A program made the position numbers and the translations under genes. 64,000 nucleotides of DNA from Deltaproteobacteria bacterium (GTDB lineage Bacteria > Desulfobacterota > Syntrophobacteria > BM002), in contig JAFDGZ010000006.1 in NCBI GenBank assembly GCA_019309045.1, forward strand, positions 2,066 through 66,065, given 5' to 3'. The notes under the pieces were generated by a model that did no database searches, was not told the origin of the DNA, and saw nothing but the letters and a program-made list of their open reading frames with translations. Positions 28,025 through 39,042 of the stretch are shown here, piece by piece; positions within the stretch are counted from its first letter, which is position 1, and the number at the start of each line of letters is the position of its first letter.

Positions 28025-28898
28025 GGCACCATGGACCATTCTGAAACTATTGCGCTGGACAACAGCCTATTTTGATGAACGTGGCGTAGCCGAACCGCGG
28101 GCTTCCGCTGAACTGCTGTTGGCTCACGTACTGTCTCTAGATCGCCTATCCCTTTATCTCAATTACGACCGCCCACTATTGCCTGCAGAATTGTCGGAAT
28201 TCAAGAAGTGTATCAAACGCCGTTTGCGCGGCGAGCCGGTGCAGTATATTACCGGCACCCAAGAGTTCTGGTCCATGCTCCTGCATGTCAGCCCGGATGT
28301 GTTGATTCCGAGACCTGAAACAGAAGTGCTGGTGCAAACCGCTCTGGATCATTTGCATTCTACCTGGCCGCAAGAATCTACTTTCAGCATCCTTGATGTG
28401 GGTACAGGCTCTGGCGCCGTTGCCATCTCGCTTGCCCGAGAACTCAGCAAGGCTCGCATTGTTGCTCTCGACGTCTCTTTCAATGCCCTGCAGCTGGCAA
28501 GAAAAAATAGTCTGCACCAGGGGGTGAGCGGCCGGCTTCTGCTGGTCTGTTCTGATCTTCTTACAAGCATCAACAAGGAAACCGCCAAGTTCCACCTGGT
28601 GGTGAGCAATCCACCCTATATACGCAGTGAAGAGCTGCCGTTGCTTCCCAGAGAGATTAGCGCTCATGAACCTAGAAGTGCTCTCGATGGTGGGCCTGAC
28701 GGTCTCGCTGTCATAAGGAGAATTGTGGCCCAAGCTGCCGAGGTGCTGTTGCCTCGGGGGGCCCTTGCAGTGGAAATAGGCGCTGACCAGGCGGAAGGAG
28801 CCTTGCAACTGGTCAGTGCTGATTGTCGTTATAACAAAGTCCGTGTGGATAAAGACTACAGTGGCATGGACCGAATCCTGCTAGCCCAGGTGGCCTGA
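28017..28898 (+). CDS. prmC: Release factor glutamine N5-methyltransferase PrmC (HemK)
   Basis: SAM motif DVGTGSGAV and NPPY catalytic motif. ATG at 28017 overlaps the prfA stop by 8 nt; the track start is TTG 28002. Confidence 0.9.
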   Translation: MPEAPWTILKLLRWTTAYFDERGVAEPRASAELLLAHVLSLDRLSLYLNYDRPLLPAELSEFKKCIKRRLRGEPVQYITGTQEFWSMLLHVSPDVLIPRPETEVLVQTALDHLHSTWPQESTFSILDVGTGSGAVAISLARELSKARIVALDVSFNALQLARKNSLHQGVSGRLLLVCSDLLTSINKETAKFHLVVSNPPYIRSEELPLLPREISAHEPRSALDGGPDGLAVIRRIVAQAAEVLLPRGALAVEIGADQAEGALQLVSADCRYNKVRVDKDYSGMDRILLAQVA

Positions 28899-29054
28899 GC
28901 ACCGAGATGGCAGCGAGGTTCCAATATTCTTTGCCCGGCAGGGGGCCTCCCTGGTGCCGTGCCTGCTGCGACACAGCTGCCATGGTGCCGGATGCGTGCC
29001 TGAGCGCTCGCGGAAACATCTGAGCTACTTCAATTTTCGCTGGTGAGGTGATCC

Positions 29055-30305
29055 ATGGAGAAACTTATAATCAGAGGAGGCAGCCCCCTCAAGGGTACTG
29101 TGCAGATTAGCGGCGCCAAGAATGCTGCCCTGCCCATTCTGGCTGCCACTTTGCTCACAGGGGGAGTGCACCATCTTTCTCGGTTGCCAACATTGCGAGA
29201 CATCCGAACCACCAAAACTCTGCTGTACCATCTAGGCGCCACCTTCGACGAAGGCGAGCCTCTGCGCATTCACAGTGAAAACATTGACGGTTACGAGGCC
29301 CCCTATGACCTGGTGAAGACCATGCGGGCTTCTGTTCTGGTGCTAGGTCCTCTGGTAGCTCGAATGAAGCGGGCTCGCGTCTCACTCCCTGGCGGCTGTG
29401 CTATCGGTGCCCGTCCCATTAATCTTCATCTCTATGGTCTCGAGCGTTTGGGAGTCTCAATAGAACTCCGACATGGCTACGTGGAAGCCTCCGCCAGGAA
29501 ACTTATCGGCAATCACATTTACCTTGATATCCCCACAGTGACTGGCACCGAGAACCTCATGATGGCTGCAGTGCTGGCCGAAGGCGAAACTATCCTGGAA
29601 AATGCTGCTCGAGAACCCGAGGTTGTGGACCTGGCTGTTTGTCTCAACAGCATGGGAGCCCGCATTACAGGGGCCGGGACTTCTCTGATCAAGATCGAGG
29701 GAGTAAAAGAATTGCGCCCCATGAATCACGCTATAATGCCAGACCGCATCGAAGCGGGAACATACCTTGTTGCTGCTGCGATTACCCGTGGGGATATCAC
29801 CATCCAACCTTGCAGACCTCAGCATCTCGAGGCGGTCATCCGGAAACTAGAACAGGCAGGCGTCCAATTCCATATTGCAAGCGAGAGCATAAGGGCCATT
29901 GGTGGAGAGGTTGTCCGCCATGCTGATGTGAAAACCATGCCCTTTCCTGGATTTCCCACAGACATGCAGGCACAATTTATGGCGCTTATGAGCATTGCAG
30001 ACGGGCAGAGCACTATCACCGAAAGGATCTTTGAGAATCGCTTCATGCATGTCAGTGAACTTCGCAGGATGGGTGCAGATATCACTGTGGAAGGCAATAC
30101 TGCCATTGTTCGAGGCCGCGCCAATCTCCAGGGAGCACCGGTCATGGCCACCGACCTGCGCGCCAGTGCCTCTCTCGTGCTAGCGGGACTTGCCGCCAAT
30201 GGGGTAACTGAAGTCTCCCGAGTGTACCATCTAGACAGAGGCTACGAGAAAATAGAAACCAAACTTACAGGCCTGGGAGCTAACATTGAGCGAGTTGCAG
30301 AATGA
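29055..30305 (+). CDS. murA: UDP-N-acetylglucosamine 1-carboxyvinyltransferase
   Basis: [10 protein letters not shown], active-site [10 protein letters not shown], and full-length MurA similarity. Confidence 0.97.
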   Translation: MEKLIIRGGSPLKGTVQISGAKNAALPILAATLLTGGVHHLSRLPTLRDIRTTKTLLYHLGATFDEGEPLRIHSENIDGYEAPYDLVKTMRASVLVLGPLVARMKRARVSLPGGCAIGARPINLHLYGLERLGVSIELRHGYVEASARKLIGNHIYLDIPTVTGTENLMMAAVLAEGETILENAAREPEVVDLAVCLNSMGARITGAGTSLIKIEGVKELRPMNHAIMPDRIEAGTYLVAAAITRGDITIQPCRPQHLEAVIRKLEQAGVQFHIASESIRAIGGEVVRHADVKTMPFPGFPTDMQAQFMALMSIADGQSTITERIFENRFMHVSELRRMGADITVEGNTAIVRGRANLQGAPVMATDLRASASLVLAGLAANGVTEVSRVYHLDRGYEKIETKLTGLGANIERVAE

Positions 30306-30679
30306 CTGCCCCCAGTAAACAAACAGCCAGTGGCAGTAAAGCTTCTGGACATTGAGCTCCTGCCAGAGCCATGCCACGCCCCCATCCTTGTCCGCAATCG
30401 ACTAATCTGCTATATTCATTCTGCTGCTTTAAATCAGTTTGCCACAGATTCTGGGCGCACCAGGAAACACCGCTATAAACTGGGGCAAACCATTATTCGG
30501 GGCACAGGGCATCAGGCAACAAACTTCTGCAAGCAAACGCCTTAGAGACTGCTGGAGTGTGGCAGCATACCTGTTCGAGTTCGGCAGATTCTCTCACCTT
30601 TATCCCGAGCCTCACCGTTGCAGCAGGTACGAGGAACCCTGTCTTCCCCGTTTGCTTTACCTTCTTTTGGCAGGCACTC

Positions 30680-33139
30680 ATGGGACAGCCACATCATCGC
30701 CCTCTAATCCCGCTGTTCGTCTGCTTCTCCTCTGGGATAGCCCTGGGCCATCATCTGCCGCTCACCACCCTGACCATTGCAGTTCTTATTGCTGTTCTTC
30801 TAGGCCTACTCATTCTATGGAATGTTCGCTGCCAGCACACCTATCTGGCTCCCTTACTCCTTTTTCTCTTGATTGGCATGCTCTTCGCTCGCAGAATCCC
30901 TGATCCCGGCCATCCTCCAGCTGGAATAAAATTATTGCTCCAGCAGCGGCAGACCTTCCTCATTGGCTACATTGCGGGACCTCCAAAAAGACGGCTAGAC
31001 AGGATGGAGCTTGTCGTCGACATTGATTCATTTCGACATGAGGATAAACTCATATCCACACATGCTCGCATGCTGCTTCGCCTCGGGACATGTTCTAGGT
31101 CCTGGCAAATGGGGCAATGGCTGGCCGGACAGGTAAATGTCAGGCCAATCCGCAACTTCAATAATCCCGGAGGCTTCGACTACCGGCAATATCTGGCGGA
31201 TCAGAATATCTGGCTCAAAGGATATCTCAGCTCTGACGCATCCCTTCTTCCTCTGGCTGAGCCTCGCGGCTCACCATGGACAAGGCTGCTGGTGAGAATC
31301 CGCAGCAACAGCCGTTCCTTTTTTGAAGCATGGCTCCCGCAGAACGAGTCAGCCCTGTACCGGGCCCTCCTGCTTGGCGAGCGCTATGCTCTGAGTTCCA
31401 GAGTGCGAGAGCAGCTGTATGCAGCAGGTGTAGGACATTTGCTGGCAATCTCTGGGCTTCACCTTGGCATGATTGCCGGCATAGTATTTCTCATATGCCG
31501 CACCATTGTTGTCCGTATCCCACAGCTAGTTGGCCGCTGGGGTGCTTCACCTGTTGCAGCGCTTGCTGCCCTTCCCATCAGCCTGGGGTATGCATCCCTT
31601 ACTGGGATGGGATTGCCAATTGTCCGAGCAGCTATAATGTTGGCCTGTGTCACCTTCGCACTGGTCAACCGCAGAAAGATAGATCTGGGCAACACATTGA
31701 TTGTTGCTGCCTTCATCATTCTGACAGGTTCTCCCCAGGCCCTGTTCAGCCCATCATTTCAGCTCTCTTTCATCGCCGTCGGGGCTCTGGTGTGGCTGGT
31801 TCCCCGAATACCCCTGCCAGGCTGCCTCACAGGGAGCAGCAGTGGGCCCATCAACTGGCGAGGACATGCAAGATGGCTCTGGCAGCTGCTCTTGGTCTCT
31901 GTGGTCATTTCAGTAGCCACAGCTCCTGCAGTAGTACATCATTTCCATCGCTTCAGTCCGGCAGCATTCATAGCCAATCCCTTGATAGTGCCCATTGTCG
32001 GCTTCCTCGTACTGCCCGCAGGCCTTTTTTCCCTTACCTTTCTTCCACTAAACACGCAACTTGCCGGCTTCATCCTCAGCATGGGCGCCCTTGGACTCGA
32101 CTGGATACTGGAGTTCACCCACTTCATTTGCCAGTTGCCATGGGCCACCATCTGGCTGGGAGAGCTGTCATCCTGGCAGATGGCCCTGCTCTACCTTGTT
32201 CTTCTGGTGCCATGGCTGCCTCTTCGCCGCCTGTATCGATCTTTGCTCGGTGCTGCTGTTTTAGTCATCCTGGTGCTCAACTGGATGCTGGCTGGCCTGG
32301 TTGCTGCTCGGCCAACTGAACTTCGCGTCACTTATCTCGATGTGGGCCAGGGGAGTTCAGCCGTGGTTGAATTTCCTGGAAAACAGGTGATGCTTATTGA
32401 TGGCGGCGGTTTTCAAAAAAGCAGTTTTGACCTGGGCAGGCATGTTGTGGCGCCCTTCTTGTGGCGCCGTCACATACGTCGACTGGACTACATCGTCTTG
32501 AGCCATCCTCACCCTGATCATTTCCGCGGACTGCTTTTCCTGGCATCTCATTTTCCGGTAGGGGAGTTTTGGTACAACGGCATGCTGACAAACGATCAGC
32601 AACTGCTTGAACTTTTTCGCTGTCTGCAAACCAGGAGCATCCCCTGCGTGCCGCCTCCTCGCCTCGGTTCGCCAAGAAATATTCAGGGAGTCTCTGTCCA
32701 GGTCTTTCATCCCTTTCATGGTCACCCCGGTAAGATCACCAGCCACGACCCTCACCAAGTAAACAATCTTTCTCTGGTGCTCAGAATATCCTATAAGGAA
32801 TGTTCTTTTCTTTTTCCAGGCGACATAGAGCTTGCAGCAGAACAACGACTCTGTCTGTTGCCTACATTGGGAACAACCTCCGTTCTCCTGGTACCGCACC
32901 ATGGCAGCCGAACTTCGAGCTCCCGGCAATTGTTGCAAAAGCTAAAACCTCGCATTGCTGTTTTCTCAGTGGGATTCCAGAACCGTTTCCACTTGCCTGC
33001 GCGCCGTGTCTGGGAACGATATCATCGCTTGGGTATTCGTACTTTCCGAACAGATCGGCACGGTGCTGTGACCGTCTGCACCGATGGTCACAACCTTAGA
33101 GTGGCTACCTTCTTGGGGAATAATAGGGAAGGGGGATAG
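30680..33139 (+). CDS. comEC: ComEC/Rec2 DNA internalization competence protein with a C-terminal metallo-beta-lactamase domain
   Basis: Polytopic membrane core with the GVGHLLAISGLHLG motif. C-terminal VLSHPHPDHFRGL MBL motif. ATG at 30680 is preferred over track start 30557. Confidence 0.85.
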   Translation: MGQPHHRPLIPLFVCFSSGIALGHHLPLTTLTIAVLIAVLLGLLILWNVRCQHTYLAPLLLFLLIGMLFARRIPDPGHPPAGIKLLLQQRQTFLIGYIAGPPKRRLDRMELVVDIDSFRHEDKLISTHARMLLRLGTCSRSWQMGQWLAGQVNVRPIRNFNNPGGFDYRQYLADQNIWLKGYLSSDASLLPLAEPRGSPWTRLLVRIRSNSRSFFEAWLPQNESALYRALLLGERYALSSRVREQLYAAGVGHLLAISGLHLGMIAGIVFLICRTIVVRIPQLVGRWGASPVAALAALPISLGYASLTGMGLPIVRAAIMLACVTFALVNRRKIDLGNTLIVAAFIILTGSPQALFSPSFQLSFIAVGALVWLVPRIPLPGCLTGSSSGPINWRGHARWLWQLLLVSVVISVATAPAVVHHFHRFSPAAFIANPLIVPIVGFLVLPAGLFSLTFLPLNTQLAGFILSMGALGLDWILEFTHFICQLPWATIWLGELSSWQMALLYLVLLVPWLPLRRLYRSLLGAAVLVILVLNWMLAGLVAARPTELRVTYLDVGQGSSAVVEFPGKQVMLIDGGGFQKSSFDLGRHVVAPFLWRRHIRRLDYIVLSHPHPDHFRGLLFLASHFPVGEFWYNGMLTNDQQLLELFRCLQTRSIPCVPPPRLGSPRNIQGVSVQVFHPFHGHPGKITSHDPHQVNNLSLVLRISYKECSFLFPGDIELAAEQRLCLLPTLGTTSVLLVPHHGSRTSSSRQLLQKLKPRIAVFSVGFQNRFHLPARRVWERYHRLGIRTFRTDRHGAVTVCTDGHNLRVATFLGNNREGG

Positions 33140-33480
33140 GTTTGGCGCCTCGAGGGAGATGTCTGGGTATCTCTTTCTTCCAGCGAGAGCAGTGCTGCGT
33201 CTCCAGCAAGCTGTCAGGAGCACGGCAAGGACCTCTAAGCGCCAATCAGGACAGCGGCAATGCATCTAGCAGCACGGCAACGGTCCTAGTCGGCCAACCA
33301 TGCAGATCTTGCAAAAGAAACTGCACCTGATTGTCTTCTCCTGCGAAGCAGCATTTTGCAGCCATTGATAGATGCAAGATGTCGGGATCAGGGTGGCCAG
33401 CCATATTGCTGCCATGTCCCGACACTCCCAGGGCGGAGAAGGGCACTGTGCGGCAAGAGAGCTGGACCTACGAAAGCGCC

Positions 33481-34419
33481 TTATTGCAATTGCGCCAATT
33501 TCCGCTGGGCAATCTGTGCCTGGTCTGTCTTGGGGTAATCTTTGACTATCTTCCTGAGGAGAATTCTGGCCGCTGTCTTGTCTCCTAATTCGAGAAATGC
33601 CATACTCTGCTTGAGCAAGGCACTGCTGACTTTGTCACTCTTGGGATACTGCTTTATTACCTTCTCGTAAGCAGTTATAGCTTCCCGGTATTTCCCCTCG
33701 CCATAATAACATTCTCCCAACCAGAATTGGGCGTTGTCGGCAAGATCTGTATGGGGATACTGCTCGAGGTAGCGGCGAAATCCTGCCCTTGCCTGCTCAA
33801 AATTGCCGCCCTGAAATAACCGAAAAGACTCTGCATATAGCTCCTCTGGACTTTTTACCCCGTGGCCTGCTGCTCTGGTTTCGGGCCTGGCAGTCTGTGG
33901 CTGAAGCTTGGCTGGCCCTCCTCTTTCTGGCTGGCTCGGAGTTGGTGTAACCAGCTCAGCAAGCCCCATAGAGCGAGCAACGATATTCAGTTGACTGCGA
34001 AGCTCTGCAAGACCTTTCTGCACTTCCAGCATGGAAGTCATCTGGCTCTGTTCAATTTCGTTGATTCTCTCCTCCTGCCGCTTGCTCCTGGCAGCACTCT
34101 CTTCGAGTTCACCCGACAACCTTCCAAGCTCGACTTCCATACGGTCCAGCTGCGCTCCCACCTGGGCCTGAGTCTTTCGCAACGGTTGACTGGCAGTCTC
34201 GAGACGTTGATCATACTCCTGCAGCTTCTCGTCCAGCTGTTTCTGCAACTGGGCCATTTGTGAGGTCACTTTTTCCAGATCACGACGGTTTGTCCACACC
34301 TGTCTCTGCAGCACATCTATGTCCTGCTGTGATGCACAGCCGCTAAAAATGAGGAGCACAACCAGGTACTCTATCAGGTGGACTGCCCTCCAGCTTTTCC
34401 CCTTCTCGGTAATCAACAT
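33481..34419 (-). CDS. cpoB: Tol-Pal system protein CpoB/YbgF (coiled coil plus TPR)
   Basis: N-terminal anchor or lipoprotein-like segment, coiled coil, and C-terminal TPR (AQFWLGECYYGEGKYREAITAYEKVIKQYP). Lies directly downstream of pal. Confidence 0.8.
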   Translation of the reverse strand: MLITEKGKSWRAVHLIEYLVVLLIFSGCASQQDIDVLQRQVWTNRRDLEKVTSQMAQLQKQLDEKLQEYDQRLETASQPLRKTQAQVGAQLDRMEVELGRLSGELEESAARSKRQEERINEIEQSQMTSMLEVQKGLAELRSQLNIVARSMGLAELVTPTPSQPERGGPAKLQPQTARPETRAAGHGVKSPEELYAESFRLFQGGNFEQARAGFRRYLEQYPHTDLADNAQFWLGECYYGEGKYREAITAYEKVIKQYPKSDKVSSALLKQSMAFLELGDKTAARILLRKIVKDYPKTDQAQIAQRKLAQLQ

Positions 34420-34644
34420 GACCACCTTTCCTCTGTAAAGCCTTTGGCGCCTGAAGTGATTATATTTTCACCCAGTATAGTTTCTTTTAGGAATACAACA
34501 TTATAACTTGCATATAAAAAAGTGCACCACTTATTCGGCTAATCTCTGTTGGTTCAAAGTAAATCGCCGGCTCTGGTTCCCATCAAGGGAGAGCGAGCCG
34601 GCGTCTGTTTCCAAAACTACTTTTCAGTCAACGCAAACATGCCA

Positions 34645-35238
34645 TTACCTTATGACAAAGTGAGCCCGCCTGTTTTTCCACCAGCAACTTTCCGTATGTT
34701 GCGTACAGAGCGGCCGTTCCTCACCATAGGAGATGGTGACAATGCGCTTCTCGGCAATCCCTGCCCTCACCAAGTAGTTCTTAGCGCTGTTGGCTCGACG
34801 ATCACCGAGTGCAAGGTTGTACTCATTGCTGCCGCGTTCATCACAATGTCCCTCGATAAGCACGCGTACATCAGGATGCTCACGCATATACGCGGCCTTT
34901 TCGTCAAGGATCTGGATAGCTGCAGGTTTGAGCACATACTGATCAAAATCAAAATGAATGTCCTGTTCCTCGAAGGCCCGTCTTTTGGCAGCCTCACTCT
35001 CTTTGGCAGCCTCAGCTTCCTTGGCCTGTTGCTCGCGAAGCCGCTGTGCTTCCAACAAAGCTTGCTGACGCGCAGCTGCTTCTGCGGCCTCCTGCTGGGC
35101 TTTCGCCTGCTCCTCGGCGGAAACCTGCTCACCCGGCTCAGGCCCAACGCCCACAACCCTCTTCTGGCAAGAGACTGCGAAGACCAACAACACGATCAGG
35201 AAAATAGATCCCACAATCCATGTAGTTCTCTTCCCCAT
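34645..35238 (-). CDS. pal: Peptidoglycan-associated lipoprotein Pal (OmpA family)
   Basis: Lipobox (FAVSC). OmpA-like C-terminal domain (IEGHCDERGSNEYNLALGDRRA...NRRAHF). Confidence 0.9.
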   Translation of the reverse strand: MGKRTTWIVGSIFLIVLLVFAVSCQKRVVGVGPEPGEQVSAEEQAKAQQEAAEAAARQQALLEAQRLREQQAKEAEAAKESEAAKRRAFEEQDIHFDFDQYVLKPAAIQILDEKAAYMREHPDVRVLIEGHCDERGSNEYNLALGDRRANSAKNYLVRAGIAEKRIVTISYGEERPLCTQHTESCWWKNRRAHFVIR

Positions 35239-35373
35239 GCCTGATTCACCTCCTCTCCCTGGTTACATCTGTCACCGATTATGCAAAAACCCCACCAGTC
35301 TCGAGCGACCGGGCAGCCCGGAATATTTTTCCCTTGCTCTGCCCATCACCCCCTTTTCGAATCTCTTATACTA

Positions 35374-36726
35374 TTAAGGACCGGTCAAGGTCAATCGTGG
35401 AGACCAGGCTGGCTCCGTATGACTCCCCCCAATAGTTAAATTGATTCGCCGCTGATCACTGCCGTTGGCCAGCATCACCCAGAGAGTGGCTTTTCCCTGG
35501 CGATCGGATTGAAAGAGAATCAACCTGCCATCCGGCGACCAGCTCGGGCTTTCATTGTTGCCGCTGCCTCCTGTGAGCTGACGCAAATCAGTGCCGTCCG
35601 GTCTGATGAGGTACAGATCAAAGCGACCGTCACGAGAGCCAGCATAGGCAATCCAGTCTCCCCGAGGAGACCAGGCTGGCGAGGTATTGTAGGCTCCGTC
35701 GAAAGTGAGCCTTCTGGTAAGCCCGCTCTGAAGGTCCAGGATGTATATCTGCGGCTTCCCGCCTCTGTTGGAAACATAAGCCACTTTGCTGCCATCGGGA
35801 CACCATGATGGCGACACGTCTATGGCCCAGTTCTTGGTCAGTTGTTTCAAAATTCTGCCAGTATCGTCCAGAAGATAAATCTCGGGGTTGCCGTCGATAG
35901 TCAAGGTGACAGCTATCTTGTTCTCCCTGGGATGCCAGGCCGGAGCCATGTTCAGACCACTGCGTCTGCTAATTTTCTTGGCAATCCCTGTCATGAGGTC
36001 TACCACATAGAGCTCCTGCTGATCGCTCTTGTAGCTTACGTAGCTGATGCGCTTGCCATCTGCAGACCACGCTGGCTGCAAGTCTATGTTGTTGTCATGC
36101 GTGAGCCGTACAATGTGACTGCCATCGAAATCCGCAAAGTAGATCTCTTTATGTCCCGTCGCGTCACCCACAAAGGCAATCTTGCTGGTAAATATACCTG
36201 GCTCTCCGGTGAGATAACTCATCATGTCGTCACCAAACCGCAGAGCCATTTGTCTGGCAGCGCCAATGTCACCCTCGTATGCCTTGGTCAACAACAGCTT
36301 CTGATGAACCACGTCAAAGAGCGAACCGCTCATTTCCAACAGATTTCCTCTGATACGATAGGTGCCGCGCACTAGCAAATCAGCGCCGAGAAAACTCCAT
36401 TCGGCAAACTTGATCTCGCCAAGCGTGGTTCCCATCACCTGAGGATCCTCCAGGAACATTGCCTTGCTGAGCACTTCGAAAAGACCGCTGAATGCCAGAG
36501 CACGGCCGAGAGTGTCGGCCAGCCTCTCTGCCAGTGGCAGGCCAGCACTGTCTCCACCCTCATGGCGAAAGGCGGGAATGGCTATGGGAATCTTTTTCTG
36601 CAGAGGTGAGTTGATGTCGATATAAATCCTGCCAGCCACTGGAGACGCCTGCCAGAAAAGCACAAATGTGAGCAGCAACAACAGGTGCAGTGACTTGGAA
36701 TATGCTCTGGAAACACAGCGGGGCAT
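35374..36726 (-). CDS. tolB: Tol-Pal system beta-propeller protein TolB
   Basis: TolB N-terminal domain followed by repeated PAWSPDG/PSWSPDG propeller motifs. Confidence 0.93.
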   Translation of the reverse strand: MPRCVSRAYSKSLHLLLLLTFVLFWQASPVAGRIYIDINSPLQKKIPIAIPAFRHEGGDSAGLPLAERLADTLGRALAFSGLFEVLSKAMFLEDPQVMGTTLGEIKFAEWSFLGADLLVRGTYRIRGNLLEMSGSLFDVVHQKLLLTKAYEGDIGAARQMALRFGDDMMSYLTGEPGIFTSKIAFVGDATGHKEIYFADFDGSHIVRLTHDNNIDLQPAWSADGKRISYVSYKSDQQELYVVDLMTGIAKKISRRSGLNMAPAWHPRENKIAVTLTIDGNPEIYLLDDTGRILKQLTKNWAIDVSPSWCPDGSKVAYVSNRGGKPQIYILDLQSGLTRRLTFDGAYNTSPAWSPRGDWIAYAGSRDGRFDLYLIRPDGTDLRQLTGGSGNNESPSWSPDGRLILFQSDRQGKATLWVMLANGSDQRRINLTIGGSHTEPAWSPRLTLTGP

Positions 36727-36734
36727 AGTGTTCT

Positions 36735-37538
36735 TCAGCTCCCATTCTCAGGTGAAAATCGCAAGACAATCTCTTCTTCTCTCGGACTATAGATGTCTGG
36801 AAATGGTGGAAAAGGCTTTGATTTCAGTACTGCTTTCAGCACCGAGTCGTCAAAGTAAGGATCACCCGATTTCTTTTCGAATCTGATCTGCGTGACAGTA
36901 CCATCGCGCTTCACTCTCACAACTACTACAGCCTCCAGATGGTCTTTGCCTGCCACCAACCGCTCCGGCAGCACCCAATTGCTCTCAACTTTGTCATAGA
37001 CAAGCGCCCGGTATAGACCCAGGGCCTGACTCAGGTCTTCTCCCTTCATGCCGCCTATATTGACAAGGGAAACCTTCTTCTTGCCAGCTTGCACACCGGG
37101 GGATCTGGCGGCATTCTCTCTAGGCCTAGCAGTGGGGGCTGGTGGCTTCTGCGGCAGCTTTTTCACCCTGCTCTCCACAACCTTCCTCTCCGGCAACTTC
37201 TGCAGAGGTGGTTGCGTTTTCATCTTTTGCAAAACTGGCTTCTGCTGTTTCGCCCGAAAACGAGGCAAAGGCAAAGCTCTCTGTTTCGAAGCCGCTCTGC
37301 TCGCCCGCTGAACAGCGGTGGTTCTTCTTGGCGCCCGCACCTCCATCTCCGGCAGACTCACCAGTTCTACGGAATAGACAGGGCCAAAACTCCTTCTGGA
37401 GGGAAACAAGTCCGGCCATGCTGTCCCGCCGATAATCACTGCGCTGTGTATCAACAGTGACAGGCCGATCATATAGACCCACTGCCGCCTGTCTGTGCGC
37501 AAGCGAAGCTGTGACCTGGCAACTGCGTCTGCAATCAT
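36735..37538 (-). CDS. TolA/TonB-like energy transducer (TM anchor, Pro/Lys-rich linker, TonB_C-like domain)
   Basis: Sits between tolR and tolB. N-terminal TM segment, proline/lysine-rich linker and a C-terminal TonB/TolA-like domain. The ATG overlaps the tolR stop (ATGA). Confidence 0.7.
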   Translation of the reverse strand: MIADAVARSQLRLRTDRRQWVYMIGLSLLIHSAVIIGGTAWPDLFPSRRSFGPVYSVELVSLPEMEVRAPRRTTAVQRASRAASKQRALPLPRFRAKQQKPVLQKMKTQPPLQKLPERKVVESRVKKLPQKPPAPTARPRENAARSPGVQAGKKKVSLVNIGGMKGEDLSQALGLYRALVYDKVESNWVLPERLVAGKDHLEAVVVVRVKRDGTVTQIRFEKKSGDPYFDDSVLKAVLKSKPFPPFPDIYSPREEEIVLRFSPENGS

Positions 37539-37951
37539 GATTTTTCTGGCAGCGGCTCGGTAACCATGCCTATGCGCTGGATACCGCTGCGGCGAACCGC
37601 AGCCATTACCTGCACCACATCCCCATATGGCACACTACGGTCTGCCCGCAGGAAAACCGCCTTCTCTTTCCTGTTCTGAAAGATACTCTTTAGCTTGCGT
37701 TCCAGAGAATCTAGAGAAATCTTGTATTCATTGAGGTAAATCTCGTGATTGGCCTTCACGGTGATCACCAGACGCTCTTCTTCCGTGTGTATAGGTCCCG
37801 TGGTGGTTTTCGGTAAATTCACATCCACGCCTTGCATCATCATAGGCGCTGTGACCATGAAAATAATGAGCAACACCAACATGACGTCCACCAGGGGCGT
37901 CACATTGATATCTGCAAGGAGTTTCCTGTTGCCGCCACTTCCCACATCCAT
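37535..37951 (-). CDS. tolR: Biopolymer transport protein TolR/ExbD
   Basis: ExbD/TolR pattern (INVTPLVDVMLVLLIIFMV). ATG at 37951 lies 6 nt after GGGAGGG; the track start is TTG 37969. Confidence 0.85.
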   Translation of the reverse strand: MDVGSGGNRKLLADINVTPLVDVMLVLLIIFMVTAPMMMQGVDVNLPKTTTGPIHTEEERLVITVKANHEIYLNEYKISLDSLERKLKSIFQNRKEKAVFLRADRSVPYGDVVQVMAAVRRSGIQRIGMVTEPLPEKS

Positions 37952-38023
37952 TGAGCACCCTCCCGGCAATCCACAGCTGCCAGCCGAGCATCTGCTGCTG
38001 CCTTCTGCAAAATAGCCAGATCT

Positions 38024-38824
38024 TTACCTCTGAGTGCCGCTGGCTCGCGCCAACTCCTGGACCTCTTTCTGGCTGGCGCGGCGCAGTAAATCCCTCTTCA
38101 CCAGGTTAATGAAATCATTGGCAAAATTCATCATCTCAGTTTCCATGCCGCGCAGCTTGTTGGCAAAATGATTGTAAGCGATTACTGCAGGTATGGCAGC
38201 AGCCAACCCTACAGCCGTGGCTATGAGTGCCTCTGAGATTCCCGGGGCAACCACGGCCAGGGTGGCTGATCCTTTCAGCCCGATGCCCTGAAAGGACATC
38301 ATTATGCCCCAGACCGTGCCGAACAGGCCAATGAAGGGCGCTGCATTGCCGGTAGTTGCCAGCAGGGAAAGGCCTTTTTCCAATCTCTGAACTTCACCTG
38401 CTGCAGCGCTGCGCAGAGCCCTCTCCATATTGTCTATCCAGGACATGGGCATCTCCACATCCTGGCTCCGCACCGCCCTTTCCGCTTCACTAAATCTAGT
38501 CAAGCGTCCGAGCTCCAGATATCCCACCCGAAATACTTCGGCCAGATGGCTGTCTCGCATTTTCTTGGCTTCTCGAAACACCGCAGCCAGACTCTTGCTC
38601 TCCCAGAAGACAGTCAAGAATCTGGAGCTTTCTTTGTTGGCCCGACCAAACACCCGTTGCTTTACCAGAATAACAGCCCAGCAGGCAATGGAGAGCACGG
38701 ACAAAATGATGAGGACGCACTTTACCACCACGTCAGCCCCGAGCACCATCTCGAGGACGCTCCCTTGGCCGCCCAGGGCAGCTGCCCATACAGGAGGTGG
38801 AGAGACAAAGAGAATGGTTTCCAT
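38024..38824 (-). CDS. tolQ: MotA/TolQ/ExbB proton channel protein TolQ
   Basis: Three TM segments and the conserved ATTGNAAPFIGLFGTVWGIM motif. Confidence 0.88.
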   Translation of the reverse strand: METILFVSPPPVWAAALGGQGSVLEMVLGADVVVKCVLIILSVLSIACWAVILVKQRVFGRANKESSRFLTVFWESKSLAAVFREAKKMRDSHLAEVFRVGYLELGRLTRFSEAERAVRSQDVEMPMSWIDNMERALRSAAAGEVQRLEKGLSLLATTGNAAPFIGLFGTVWGIMMSFQGIGLKGSATLAVVAPGISEALIATAVGLAAAIPAVIAYNHFANKLRGMETEMMNFANDFINLVKRDLLRRASQKEVQELARASGTQR

Positions 38825-39042
38825 AGCTTATTGACCTTTCCTAATCTGAGCCAGGCGTGAAGTTGCCAAGCATCTGCGCAAGAGCCGTGCTGCTGTGGCT
38901 CTTGCTTTCACTGTGGCCAACTTGAATCAACACCTAAATCCTGATAAAATCTCTTTTATTTTAAAGGCCTTATTGCATTCAAGGCAAGCTATCACCGCCC
39001 TGATACTGTGTCAAGAGAATTTGTTGTCCCATACCATGTGCA

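Noticed and set aside
28176-28808. 210-aa minus-strand ORF opposite prmC
   Set aside because: It is antisense to a gene with SAM-binding and NPPY motifs.
31330-32319. 329-aa plus-strand alternative-frame ORF, and 32357..32938 on the minus strand, inside comEC
   Set aside because: The comEC frame gives a coherent polytopic membrane plus MBL protein. The alternative frames are Cys/Pro/Ser/Arg-rich with no motifs.
34549-35244. 231-aa plus-strand ORF opposite pal
   Set aside because: The minus-strand frame encodes a lipobox plus an OmpA-like domain, so the plus frame is a shadow.
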